A DNA stretch of 64,000 bases from Raillietiella orientalis (GCA_036172245.1 JAYWIR010000008.1:1922001-1986000); one strand, 5' to 3'; positions 49,588-62,900 are shown, numbered from the stretch's first letter. Notes: a model not told the origin generated them from the sequence alone. Made by a program: numbers and translations.

Positions 49588-51950
49588 ATGTCGTACGCCG
49601 CGACCTTGCTAGCCGGAGCGCCCGTGACGACCGCGGTCACAGGCGTAAGCGCCGACAGAAAGATAAAACGAGATGCGGGAACGGTGCGAGCGTACGGGGC
49701 CGAGGTGACCATCGTCCCCTTTCCCCATGGGCCCCGTCAAGACCAACGCCGTCCGTGACATCCACCTCGTCATCAACCGAAGAAACATCGATTTCGTGAG
49801 TCAAGGCGAGCATGCCACCGCTCGTCGGCGGATTCTCCGTCTACACCGATAGTCCCGAGGTGGTCAACGACCCCGTCAACAACGGGCTCGTCCTCAACGG
49901 GAGGACCATCCGCGGACTTTGCGAGCACGCGGCGACCAACGTGAACCTGTCGGGCACCGAGCGTGTCACCCAAACCCTGACCCTGTACGAGCACTTTGAA
50001 CAATTAGGTGGTTGACCTCACCGAGAGGATGTGCAAGGACGAAACGTACAGCGGACAGGCCGTCCTGAAGCTGAGGCTGCGCAAGGGCGCCGAAATACCG
50101 AGCATGGTATTTTCTCGAAGCTGCAGGTGATCTACAGGGTGCAAAGGGTGCATGTGCTTCGGACACCGCACAGCGGCCTGCCCCACCGGCACGTGCAGGA
50201 AGTGCGGCAATTCGGGACACGCGGCGCCGACTGCGTGCGTCCGAACCACGGCTATTTCTGCAAGGCGGTGGGTCACGAGAGAAAAAACTGCGCCAAGTAC
50301 GCGGAGTGGACGGCGTTCCAGGAGAAGCGGAGCTTTGGGACCGTCGACGAACAGGGAGAGGATGAGAAAAAGGCGAACCGGCTCTCCCATCCCCCGGGAG
50401 AAGGGCGGACAGCCCCAGGAGAGCCAGGGAGACCCCATCGAAGGAACAAGCGCAGCCGCTCACTTCGACGTCCGTCCAACCAAGCATCCTAGTCACGCCG
50501 GTCGTGGAGGCCATAGAAACCGCCCCGACCGCGGAGGAGACCATCCAACTTGCCGCAGCCGACGAGGACGAGCAGACGGTTCTGCCTGTCGGAGTGCTCT
50601 CCAGCAGCGAGCGCCCGCGCGCAAGGGAGAGCGAGCTGCTCAACCAGGAAAAGCTCCTTCCCACCACCGCCATTGCCAGCGAAGACGCCCTAGCGGAGAT
50701 GTTCGAACACCCGATCCTCCCTATGCCCCGGCGAAATCAGCCGGACACCCTGGCCTGCCCAGTGGCTAAGCCAAGTCTGGTGGCTGCCGAACGCAAGCGC
50801 AAGGACTCACGCGTTCCAACGGCCCAGCCCCACGAGGTGGCCCTGCTGCTGCTGCGTCCGACCGAGCACACTCGTCCGCTCACCCATCGTCCGATACCGA
50901 GGGCAGCGCCACGGTCGGCTACCGCTCCACCACCACTACTACCTCCGGTGACGACAACGACGACGAGACGACGATGGAGACGCCGACGGTGGAGAAGGCA
51001 ACTCCTACTGGCAACCCGAGTCGTTTACCGAACGGCCCTCCGGCCGCAGGGATCACAGACAGACCCGAGCGACGGCTCAGCGGTCTACGAAGAAGAGGAA
51101 GGTGGCACCGGCCGCTCGCTCCTTCCCTCCCCCTCACCCCCGTCCTTGAAGAATGGCGCAGTTCCTGTCGTCCGTAGGAAACATCAGAGTCGCATCCTGG
51201 AGCTTGAACGGATGAGGTGACCCGAGAAAAGGGAGACACCAGCAATGGCTCCTTCTCCAGAAGAGCATCTGCTGCCTACAAAAAACGCATCACCTGACTC
51301 CGGAAATAGAGACAGAATTTAACCAGTAGTTGCAGGTGCAGGTTTTCGTCAACAGGGAGAAGCTCACAGTCGCCATCCTGGTGAAGAACGAACTGTCCCC
51401 GACCATCCTGGAGGTGTTCCACGGAGGGGAAGGCCGCGTGCTCGGCCTCCGGATGGCATGGTCCGGACGCAAGCACCTGTTCATGGTCAACGTCTACAGA
51501 CCGCACAACCGGAAGGGAACCTTCGCGAGGGCCCTTGCGGACCTCGTCAAGAGAAAGATCATGGTGAAGGACGTTCTCATCCTGGTGGGCGATCTGAACA
51601 TAAGCTTTAGACCACAAGTTCCTCGGGGGGCAGCTCTCAGAAGTCGACTCCACCGAAGGAGTTCTGTCACCAAGGTACGCGGAGTGGCAGCATTTACCAA
51701 CTCGAGCGTCTTCCAGACTCCAAGGAGTTTTGTTTTCTCACCTCTCCGGTTATCAGCTATCGTCATTTGCCCTCAGGGCAGACAACACTGCGGCAAAAGG
51801 TGTGGCGGCCAGGGTCGACCACTTCATCACGTCCTGCATCGCCTTTTCCTGAGGTCGCTGTAGAAAGTGTCGCAGGGGGCATTCCTCCGGACGCATTCCC
51901 TGGAATGCAGCCTGGAACTCAACAGTCTCCTGTTGCCAGGCATCAAAGTT
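49588..51950 (+). mobile_element. L1/Tx1-clade non-LTR retrotransposon, 5' half: ORF1 (three CCHC knuckles) and AP endonuclease, frameshifted
   Basis: ORF1 starts MSYAATL (49588) and has knuckles CKGCMCFGHRTAAC, CRKCGNSGHAAPTAC and YFCKAVGHERKNC. The APE motifs ICCLQKTH, VAILVKN, GRVL, VNVYRP, ILVGDLN, RVDHFIT and LNSLLL occur in order. Confidence 0.85.
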
Positions 51951-54519
51951 CACTGGGGAGAAGGGAGCAGAAGATCCATGCTTGGACTTCCACTAGAGAG
52001 GCAAGCTACCTCAGGAGAAAGCCGAATCTCTGCATCCTATGACAGGTGGTCGACACCTGCGAGAGCAGCATATTCCGGTTGGCAAGGTCGCGACCGCGGC
52101 GGCGTACGACATGGCTGCTGAAGGTGCCTTATTTGCTTTTCCGGCTTGAAGGTCCTTCGCTGCTGGAACCGCTTAAGTCCAGCCACCATGAGAGGTCGCT
52201 ACGTCGGACCACGGATTTCGCGCACTCTTGCTGCAGGGCTTGTGGTGAGGTGTCTTTTGCTCTCCCATCCCCTCGTCCCCTCGAGGTCCGTGAGGTGGGC
52301 ACGAGGTCCTACCACCGAGGTGGCAGGGCTCCACTGTGAGGAGGACAGATGGGTTTTCCTCGCTGCTGCTCGCGAGCTGGATGTCCAGCGGGAAACTCGA
52401 AAGCTTCAGGAGCGACGACCTCTGCCCGTCGTGCTCTCCCCATCCTCCCCGTAGCCGTGGAGGGCAAGAGTTTCCCGCACGTCTACTTGTGTCCTTAAGA
52501 CCCCCTTAAGGGAGCTGCTCGTGGCCTGCACGGAGGCTGCAGTGAGGCGCCGCTAGCCACGCGCTCGTGCTCGGCTCGCACTCATTTCCTGAATCCTCGG
52601 TATCTCCAATGGTGCAGGATTCTGTGGCCACTCCTATTCGACCCAGAGGTCACAGACACTGGTCAGGGCCTCTGAGTTGGCGGAGAGAAGGAGCACTCGA
52701 GAGTGGGATCAGTTGGAGGGTTCACCACCTCTCGTGCACGCACTTCCATCTGATGGTGGAGTATGGACGACGATGTTCTTCCAAGAGCTTGAAAACATTT
52801 TTCTTTCCTCGAAACCCGGATCTCCTGCCTCTATGAGTTGATTGGGACAGTGGCGGTGGGCAGCAGGGGAAGTAGAAGGAGGGCTTTGAAGAAAAAAAGC
52901 ATTTCGACTGACGTCTCAGAACACGGCTCGCAGGGTGGTTGCTCTTCTAACCCTGGACTGTCTTGTCCTGGCACTGCCTCAGGCCTCTCGGATGGCCTTC
53001 TCTCCCCCACTCCAAGCTGCTGCCTAAGTCCACGAATCTGCGGAATGCATGGCAGGAAGAACGAACTGTCTGACGGCTCTGTTCACTTCAAGTGTGGATG
53101 TGAATAGCTGAAGGTCTCCCGCTCTCCCTTCTCAGAAAGAACCCAGATGGCATCAAGCACGCTTTGGTCCGTCGTGCAGGAACCCAGTGACAATCGGAAC
53201 GCGCGGACCGCACCAGTCTTCCTCTTCCTCGAGACTAGCGTCCCTGAAAAAAAAGGAAGCTGTACCCTTGATGAGCTGCATCCGCCGGATGTACGTTGGG
53301 CCCTCATCTTGCGAACGCTCAGACTGAACAACCCAAAATCCTCTTTACGCTCGCGAGCGCCGCTAGGCATCACAGCCACATGACGGGGCTGTCCAGTACT
53401 GGACGAGACTCTGTCAGACCTCGCTGGTGGTGGCGCGTGCATCTCATCTGCTAGCATTTCCCTACTCAGCTTCGAGCTTGTCGCAATGGATCCTGAATCC
53501 CACATCGAGTGGTGTGTTGGCCAGGATGGTGGACAGAAGCGTGGATGTCCAAAGCGGCACTGGCATCGTCTGTACAGTTGGCAACTGCGCATCCGGGAGT
53601 ACGGAAGTGGGCCACGGCCTACAGAGTGAATGGCTGCTGGAGAACGCACATTCGATCGAAGCGCGCGCGAAGGGGAGAGTCGCTGCCGATTTGAGCGCAC
53701 TACAGAGCCGCGAGGACTGGGTTCATGCCGGCGATTTAGCACCCCTATCTAGGGAAGGCCGTGTTCCTCTCCTGGAAGCAGCATCGCGAGTCTTACTTAC
53801 CAGCGGAGGGCATACCAGCCTGGAGACCGCCGCTTTATCTACGCAGCGCAATATTTGATATACCACCCACACAAACCACCCACCCACCAGGAATGGCGTG
53901 TCACGGGTAGGTCCCAGATGCGCAGCGCGGGGGAAATCTCGGCCGCGATCATCGCGTAGGCGATCGGACCCCTCGCCCCGGGACTGGAAGGCAGCTCGCA
54001 ATTAGCCGCCGCCCTGAGATCGACTCCGACCGGAGCCGGTGCTGCCAGGCGGGGAGGACCCGTCACCCTTGACATGTCTCCTGTCCTTTGCTCCGGAGGC
54101 TTCGGGAGAACGCGAAGAGAGCAGGGACCTCCGTATCTCGTCTGCAGGAGTTTCAACGTAGGCATATGCTCTCTGCAGGATCCGGGGGGCGGGGCGGTGT
54201 TGAGGAAACTCGAGCGCGGGACACAGGGAAAGAGAGAGTGTATTTAGCATTCGCATCTCCCTCGACATCCATTGGGATCAACGGCTGGGTCACCGGCCGT
54301 AACGCGGCGATCCGAAGCGGCCTGCAGCGTTGAACAGCTGAGGGGAGAGGGAACGAGGAGAGGAGACTGCGAGCGGAGGCATCACGTCGGATGAAGGGGT
54401 CCTGGCAGCCTCACATTCTAGGGACCATTTCCTTGCCCCATCTATTTTCTTTTATTCTGTCGCATGAAAATCCTCCTACCGCATCCGCATCAGTCTGTAC
54501 CATTCCTTCTTGGAAGTCG

Positions 54520-54970
54520 ATGTTGTGGGCGCTTCCTTCGCGTGGGGAAGGTGTCCGTGGGACCAGAGGATATTGTGACTATGTGGGATGTTACGGACAG
54601 CCAGAAGGCACCCCATTTCGTTGAGGTGTAGCTGCGGGATCTTCAGTTCTCCTTTTGGCCCTTGATTTGGGGAATGTAGGTGCAGGATCCTAAAGAACCA
54701 GGAATGGGGCTCGGAAGACCAATACCTGAACACCTATCGTCGGCAGAGAGGAAGCGAGATCTTCGTATTTGTTCTCCTTCCTTGTTGAACCCTCCCGAAG
54801 TGCTCTCGAAAGAGCGGGTAACGTCCAGGATGGTCATTCCTACCACGCCACTCCACTCCCCATAAGCAGTACCAGATCCGGACGTAGACGGGAGTCGACT
54901 CCAGAGATGCCCTCCTTGCAGGAAAACACTTTCCACCTCCCTTCCATCTCCGTCTTCAATCGGCGGATGG
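54520..54970 (-). mobile_element. R2-superfamily (NeSL/Utopia/R4-like) retrotransposon remnant: restriction-like endonuclease domain
   Basis: Across frameshifts: AIRRLK...SRLRPDLVL...ILDVTRSFE...KENKYEDL...GSLGS...LKIP...SHNILW, the PD..D..KxxKY RLE signature. Confidence 0.75.
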
Positions 54971-57049
54971 CGTAGCATCTTCGAGACCACCTAAATATCC
55001 TTTTCCCCTTCTCCCGCTTACATGGTTTGTCAGAATGAAAGCGAACGGAGACCCGTCAGGATCCGTCGTCCAGCTCAGGAGTGCACTTGTTGGTCTTCTC
55101 ACCTTAGGTCACTGCAGATCGTTCCCGACATCATCAGGTCTGTGGGTCTGTCTTTGTGTAGTGATGATGAGAGCCATAGGGTGATAGGAGAGAAGTAGAA
55201 TGATAGCCTTGGACGCTGTGAGAGTTGAAGTGATGGGAAGAGGTTTGAGGGATTGAATGGGGAGAAGTGGAGTTCATCGCGATGCTGTCTACTGTGAGTG
55301 ATGCATGGAGATGGGAGTAGGGAAAAAGTGTGGTGGTGGAGGAGCATGGGTTCTCGGCGCCAAGAGCATGGAGTATGAAAATGTTAATTCCTGTAATTAG
55401 TTAGATGATGAGGAACGTTCCCGTGGAGGATTCTGGACGTTGGAAGCAACAGATTTCTAAAGACATAGGTATGCTTATTGTGGAAGTACTTCTTTTTGAT
55501 GATGTTTGCCATTTGTGAAGGAAACGGAAAGGTACTTTGAGCTGGAGCATTAAGTCGGGGATTATTAGTGAGTGTTTATACAAAATGCGACGTGAGAAAT
55601 AGGGAAATAGAGGATACATTGGTTGGTTGAGTCTTTGGGTTTGGAGCTCATCAGATTTGACCGTTCTGCGTTGACAGCACGCGAGTCGCAGTTGCGACCT
55701 CTGTGGACGGAACGCTCCTTCTCGTGCAGCCTCTTCGGTTTTCAAACCTTCGCCCTTCCCAGCCTACTAAGCCACAGACCCCACGCTCAGTCCAGAACCT
55801 TCTAGCAGTTCGTAGCATGGGTGCCATCTCAATTTCGTACCCTCCGAAGCCGGTCTTCATTGCTTACTCTATCAGAGGTTCCGACTGACTTTATAAAATG
55901 CTGTTGGAGTCACTATTATAATGGTTTATTCAGACCACATTAAATAAAATATTTTCATTTTTCCCAGACATATATTACTTATCATAATTATAGTTCCAGC
56001 GAAATCAGCAATTCATCTGGGTGTGGTGCAGCACAATAAATAATATACGACACAACTATAATATTGTGCTTTCCCCCGTCTGACCAGCGGTGGGGTGAAT
56101 CTGTTCAACAAACACAAAGAAGCACTGTCACTCTGACGATTCGTCAGTCGGTCGTTCTTCTTGGTGCCACTGCGGCCCTCACGGTCAGGTCACTGTACCG
56201 TCCTGGCCGCGCACGGCAGCATCCTTAAGCAGTGCTGGAGGGTCCAAGATGGCACCCCCCTGCACGCACGAATGCCGATTTCCTTCATGAAGAGTCCTTG
56301 CAGGACATCCCGGGCGCCACTCGCGCGGACCCCGCCAGCTATTCTCGATCTTTCGGAGAGCTGACTCTCTGAAAAACCGAGAAAAATTGGCCGGTATAAG
56401 TAGATTTTTGTTTACTGCCTTTGCCAAGGGAACTGCAAGAACATAAGTGTCCATCTCAAACATGGATAGTGTTTAACTTATGTCGCAAGGATAAGGTAGA
56501 AACACTTGCCAAACGCATTTATAGAGTGTTCACAGTGTCCACGCCGATAATCTTCGCCGAACCCATATATGCGTCCATGGCACATAGTAGGACCTGGAGT
56601 TGAAAGATGATGGGAGATCAGTGGAGCGGATGGAGAGCAGAACACGACAAAGTCCTAGAAAAAGGCTTCGCCCACGTGGATGTCGGTAAGAGTGGACATG
56701 AATACCTTGAGGGCCTCTGCGCTCTTCGCGTAAGGATCCTGCCCCCCCATCCCAGGTCATGAAATCCGATTGTGAGTGTTGCCATGGCATCTTTGGTTCG
56801 GAGGGGACGGGAAATTCGGAGAGGACGGAGCTGGTAGCGGAGAAGAGAAAGGAAATGTTTTCGGCTTTTGCAAACGGAAGCGACACGGGGAGGAAGCGGG
56901 AGGCGGGAGGGGGAGCGAAACGAATTCGTCCGTTTCAACGAGAAAGGAAACATCGCACTGTTGCCCTTGGGTCACAAGTATGGAATCGAATGAACAGCGC
57001 AAGTGTCTTCTCAAAAGAGGAAGCACCACTTAGAGGATGGTCTAAGTGC

Positions 57050-57330
57050 TCTTTCAAATCGAAGCGTTGAGTTGCTTTCCGAGAGACAAAAGCCAGGTTT
57101 TGGTGGTGGCAGGATTCCAAGATGAGTAGCACTGTGTGCCAGGGGGCTTCCGGACACACGGAGTGTTCGCTACTGAACACTTCACGTGCGCGCAGGCCGC
57201 CGACTTGTTCGCGCGATGAAATTCAGCCACCCGCGTGCGCAGGCGGCGCCCACCAGGAGTGGCGCCGATGCGCTGAGGTGTGCGGAGTGGAAGGAATGTC
57301 TGGCACACTTCTTCAGCCACCTGCGTCGGC
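57050..57330 (+). mobile_element. Decayed L1-clade zinc-finger/3' fragment
   Basis: CVPG...ATEHFTCAQAADLF...RNVWH resembles CxxC..ETxEHF..C and the downstream W motif. Confidence 0.3.
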
Positions 57331-57936
57331 AATGAAACCATGATCACCGAAGGGAGCACTGGGAGCTGGTGGCCTCCAAGTCAGCCTGTTTCAGGAATGG
57401 ACCAGAAACCGAAGCCAGATCCGCCGCCCCAGGGAGGAGGAGGACAGGTTGTCACGGCGGACGTGGCGTGCCAGCACGAGCGTCCAGCAACAGCAAGCAG
57501 TAGAGGAGGCAAGAGGGTAGACAGGCATCGAGGACTGGCTCTCGACTCCGCCTCCAAAGGAGCGCCCCTTCCCCCCAAACAATAGGAGCGTTCATCGTAG
57601 GATCCCCAGGGTCTTGGGGTTCAGCGAAATACGTCTTGAAAGAAATCGAAATTTCGAAGAGGCGAGAGTATCATCAAAAGGGAAGTGATGTTCCCAGACT
57701 GTTGCTAAGCATTCACTGATTTCGCAAACAGACCACCTTTCTATTGAAAACAGGTCCAGCAACTATCACGAGGAAGAATCGAAGAGAACAAACATGCAAA
57801 GAAGCTCGCGGAGATATCTCACTGCGATTCTTCACAGCGCTTCGTACATCTCCTTCCCTGCTGAACATCATTGCAAGCGACGAAATGTTGAATGCCAAGA
57901 GTAGGCAGATCTGGAGATGAGGGTGCGTGCGAGACG

Positions 57937-58590
57937 GCCCGCGTTGGCGACCGCATGTCTACGCTCTACGCGAGTAATACCAAGCGTTGCGGGTTCGACT
58001 CCCGCCCGGGGAAGGATCGATGCCAAGAACGGGGGGTGCGTTGTGAGTTTCGAGTCCACCCTGCAGGATGATGCTGGTCGGTCCATGGGCTTCGGGTGAG
58101 GCTTCGGTGGAAGCTGGATGCGCCCGTTAACTGGCCGGGATCGTAAGTTCACCCTTCGGGGTCCCTCCAGGAATCAAGGAGTCCTTTGGAATTCCCCTCG
58201 GGTTGGAAAAATGGAGCCGTCCGTCTCGTCCCATGGAGCTGGTGGATGGATACCTCTCCAGAGTGTGAAGGATGTGCTGCTTTCTTCGGGGTTATCTTTA
58301 GAGGAGAAAACCGAGAGCGGTTCTCTTGCCGGCTCCCTCGGAATAAGAAATTCCAGAAGCGGATCCTTTCCGACTTCCCTTCGGAGAAGAAATGAGGAGT
58401 GCCTTCCCTTCGAGGGGCGCCTCCAGAGAGAATAAGGAAGAGTCTCCCTTCCGGGTTCCCTTCGGGGACAACCAGAGCGAGGATTCTCTCCCAAGAGTAA
58501 GAGGAAAGCACTTCCTTCGGAGCCTTCCTGGATTCAGAGGGTGATCTCCTCCTGGGGTAGCGTCTAACTTGAAGAGCCACACGCACCCTC
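57937..58590 (+). mobile_element. tRNA-derived SINE-like element, copy 2
   Basis: Head gcccgcgttggcgaccgc...gcgggttcgactcccgcccgggga, with B box GGTTCGACTCC (57992-58002) in a T-arm stem GCGGG/CCCGC. Body homologous to 27772-28491. Confidence 0.75.
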
Positions 58591-60899
58591 AGGAGGCTTG
58601 TGCAGTGTGAAAGAGTTTTGTTATCCCCTCTCCCTGAGGACTTCTAAACACCCAAGAGCCCTCCTAAGAACGTTTCTTCAGCACTTAACGAACCAAAAAA
58701 GAAGGACCGAAAAAAAAAAAGATGGAAGGAAAGCAGCGAAACAGAAGAACTCAGAAGGAGAGGCCATCATCCGACGAAGAGGATGAGAAAAGGAAATCCT
58801 TCGGTTTCCAGTTAAAATTATCTTTGAGCTCAAGCATCAATCAGCTCTTCCTATCAGCTCTACGGCGGAGTGCATGGAGCTGCTGGGAGAAGCGGCAACA
58901 TGCTCGCGATGTTTTCTACCGGCTTATCGCAGTTTTTCCGGCAACTCGTGGGCCTCGTACCAAAATGACCACAACGGCGGAACCGAAGGAAGTAATTATA
59001 AAATTGGCCATTGTGGTTCTAAGTGCTTCCGGTGGAGCACCCAGTGTTTCCTCCCGATCTGAACAATGCAATGTGGTTCACGGGATTTGCGGGGGCTGAC
59101 TGAGATGCGACTGGATTTTCCAACGGGGATTCTGTTTGGATTCTTTAATGTCCGATTTAATTTGTCCGAAAACCCAGATCAAAGTACTGCCACAGGAAAG
59201 TCCATCAATGGTTTTCCGCCTTCAGCTCATCAAGGATTGCTCAGAGAGTCTCTGTCACGCTCCACCTTTGATATTGAACCGCTGGGTGTCCTGCGAACCT
59301 TCGAACTGTCCCCCGCCTTGGACACTTGCAATTCCGGCTCTCGGGCTTCCTGCACAGCATGAGGGGCGCGAGAGAAAGGGAACGAGGTGAGATGCAAACA
59401 AATCCTGGAATGATGGGACTTTTTTTGAAGTTCTCTCGATCAGGATGCCTCACTCCTTGGCTTCTTCAGAGTTTGTGTCATCGTGTTTCTTTCACATAGC
59501 CCTTCTGGGCACCCAGGGTACTGTGAAACTCCATGCCTTCAGAATGGGGAAAAATTCGACCTTTCTTAATCACACTCACTTTCCGAAAGGGTCCTGAAGT
59601 CTTGCACGGGGTGGGATCAGCTTAATTTGGCGCACTCGGAGAACGCTCATCTCATAGCAGGGCACTTCAACGTCCACTTGCTCGTATATGAGGCACAGTC
59701 GCTACGCTTCCTCCCAATAGTTAACGGGCCATGTTGAGCGATGCAGGCCGACAGCCTCTTGGAAGTGGGAACTGGGGTGCCTGGGCATCCCTACAGCACC
59801 TTCCACGCTCGACCAGCTTCAGCATGGATACGGCAACCGCTGCCCCAAAAGATGCATCGGCAGGACGGAGGGGAAAAAATGTCTTCGGATCTGCTGTTCC
59901 ATTGCATCCCTTTCCGGAGAGAAATGCAGCAGTTGATACGAAGCATTCTTGGTGCAAGGAATTGTGCAGGACTTGCATCGATCCACTCATGCAGTCCCAG
60001 GAGGGGAAAAGGTCTATGTTATCCACTCCGCACAATTGCGGTACTTCTGGTGGGTCAGGAGTGGATGTTCTGTTTTCCACTGAGCAGTAACGCTTGATGA
60101 CAGAAATCACTGAAGACGTGGAGGTATCTGAAGAGGCCAAAGCACTCAAGCAGCAGTGCCATTCTTAAATAAAGAAAAGAGAAGCTGGAAAAGAAGAGGT
60201 CACCATGCACCAGGTCTTCTGGCCCTTGTGCGGCACGGAATACGCCCTCCGTGGCTGCTGGAGTTGACAAAAGGAAATGAAGGGAGGAAGAGGGGAGCGA
60301 GGGTCGTACCAGCTCCCTCTCCAAGTCATCCCCACCGCAGGGGCTCAATGCGCGCTTGCAAGCCGGATCTGTCGCTTCCCAAGTCGGGGGCCGAAGGCGA
60401 TAATGGGGATGACTCTGCCTCGATCATTCCAGGGACGCAGACTGCTCGCGGGGGCCGTCGGAACGCTAGGGAGACTAGCAAGGAGAAAGCTCGGAGCGGG
60501 GTGGGAGAATCGAACCTTCGAATGAATCATCTCGGGAGCTGCTTTCAGTCTCCAGAAGAATGATGATGAAGAAGACAACGGGCGTTGCTGAGCGCGGAGC
60601 AGGGAAGCTCTTCCCAGTCCGTTTCCCAGGGAAACCGCCGCTTCTCTTCGCCTAGCGCCAGAAGCAGCTGCCATGACGGCGACCTCACCGCGGCTGGGGG
60701 GGGGGGGGGAGGAAGACGAGCAGCCCTCCCGACAGCGGACGAGCCTGATGGAAGGAGCGCGCGCGCGTCTGTGGTCTCTCCAGGATGCCAGCTTGGGCAC
60801 CCTGACAATCAGAATCGGTATGCGGATGCAGTTCCATCAGCTGGAGCTTCGTGCCAGATTTCGGTGCGTTCCTACGCACCTCATCCTCCGCAGTTGCGC

Positions 60900-62110
60900 C
60901 GGCAGCGAAGGACACCCCACGTTGCGACACAAAATGGGAGGATTCGACTCTCCCCTGAGGCAACTGTCCTCACTCCTGGGATTCTATCCTTGTATACCTT
61001 GCCTCCCCAAGAACCAAGATGCCCGTCGACAGGAGGCACTGACTCCTGGATTGCGCTTCTCAGAGCGCACCCAGAAGAAACTCGTCCACTGAGGAAACTC
61101 CTCTGCAAACCCATGGGAGATAACTCCCAGGACTGGACCGAGTGCTTCCGGATAGCCTCCACAACCCTAGGCGCAGCGCTGTATGCCCTCAGGCAACCAA
61201 GGATAGCAGCCAACCGACGGGGTGGGTGGAAGTCTTGCAACATTGCAAGAGTGGAGAAAGTCCTGGACGGCTGCAATACGAGCGAGTCGGTGGACGGCGC
61301 CATTCCTTGCTCCCGGGGAGAAGGGACTCCTTCGGTTGAGCGACCTGCCTGAAGTATCCCCAAAGAGTTCGTCGTCTTACCGTTAAGAATAAACTCTTCG
61401 GAGCACCTATTGCTGTGGAATCGGGATGTTCCGCTGTTTCTGGTCCAGGATTCCGGATGCAATCAGCGCAGGCACCTGGTTTCCGGGGCAGGGGCAACCT
61501 CAAACTGTTCCAGGTGCAGGGAGCGAAGGAATCCTTCCACAACTCCTGTACTGACCGAAGTGCCCTCGAAGAAACTTCAGGTAGCTGCTTTCTTCGGTGC
61601 TCCGCAAGCTTTGGAGGACGCTGCAACGGACTTTGCGGCGGCGTTTCTTCACTCACGGAGGACTTGCGGAAGGTGCGATCTTTGCATCCGCGCCATCATC
61701 ACGGCCCGCCATGTGCTGGAGTTGCGAGTGCAGCGAAGGGCGGCCACACGCGTGGTAGCCATCCTGATGAGGACGGCCTCACCTCCGAGAAGAGGTCGCC
61801 AGAGAGGTCCCCACACTACAGTGCCAGCTCTAGGAAGAAAGGAATGGCAGATACCAAAGGTTTCTTTCCCTACCCTTCCCACCCCTTCCTCCCCCTTGTT
61901 TTTTTTTTTTTTAAAAAAACATTTATTGTCCCTTTCCTCTCGCTGTGGGCTATCTTAAAAGCCGGTCTGCGTGCCGGTGATCATTCCCGGCAGACTTCGT
62001 TTTTTGTGTGTTTTGTTCTTGTTGTTTCCGTTTTCTGGGAGCTCAGTGCCCAGTGACCTCTGTGTTTGTTTATTTTTAAGCAGCCTTCTCGGAGTCACTG
62101 GGCTGAAACG
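60900..62110 (+). mobile_element. L1/Tx1-clade LINE 3' portion with terminal hairpin
   Basis: KMGGFDSP (~GGLGLP), CSRCRER/ESFHNSC zinc-finger remnant, CIRAIITARHVL (shared with 6400-6460), a T-rich 3'UTR and a gcccagtgac/gtcactgggc stem. Confidence 0.65.
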
Positions 62111-62599
62111 CGCGCGTCATGTCCCTCCTCCTTTCCGGCAGAGGCAAGCCGAAACTCAGGATATCCGAAAGAGAAAGGAGGGTGAGAGCGAGGAGAGAGG
62201 AGAGGAGGAGTCGAGAGACGAACTTATCTGAACCCCCTCTCGGCAACGATTCTCGATCAGAAAACGAACCGGAAGCGTTCAGAAGGCTAGCCGAGTGTGG
62301 ACAGGAGCCACGCTCCCCGGCACCAATGAATCTCTATCCAGGATCCTCCCGGGAGCGAGTAGGAGTCGGGGCAAAGGAGGGACTGGGAAGAGGAACTCTG
62401 TGCGGATGCGCCCTCCTCGGGAGCGCTTCCGAGGCTGCCCAGCCTCAGCAGGGCCAACGGGGGAATCAGATGTCCTCCGCCCCCTTCTCCTCTTCCCGGT
62501 CAGCCGAGTACCCCTCGTCGCTCCCGCAGGGAGTCGTCCGGCGGCGGCTCTATTTTTCCGATCGGTCGCAACTCGCAATCGGTCCAAGAGACCCGCAGT

Positions 62600-62900
62600 G
62601 CAGATCATCGTACTTCTCTCCCGTCCCCATGGAAATCTGGGAGAGAGCCAGCCAACGAGACTATCAGAGAAGGAGGTCATTCAAAGAGTACTCTGGTCAC
62701 GAGCCAGTCGATCGTGCGCGCAGACCATAGGGGACTCCTCGCGGTTACAGGTAGCTATAGCTAGCCTCTTTCCGGGAACCCGAGGTGGTTTCCGGGTCCA
62801 ACCCACTCCTGGGGATGAGCAAAGGTCTCTCCGCTCTTTGAGATCTTCCCCTTGACCAGGCGTCGAGGGACTTCTCCCACCAGGAGGACCTTGAGCCACC
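62600..62900 (-). mobile_element. Possible decayed AP endonuclease fragment
   Basis: VLLVGEV (~ILVGDFN), GLDP...SYSY and SARTIDWLV (~SRIDxFxV) in order. Confidence 0.3.
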
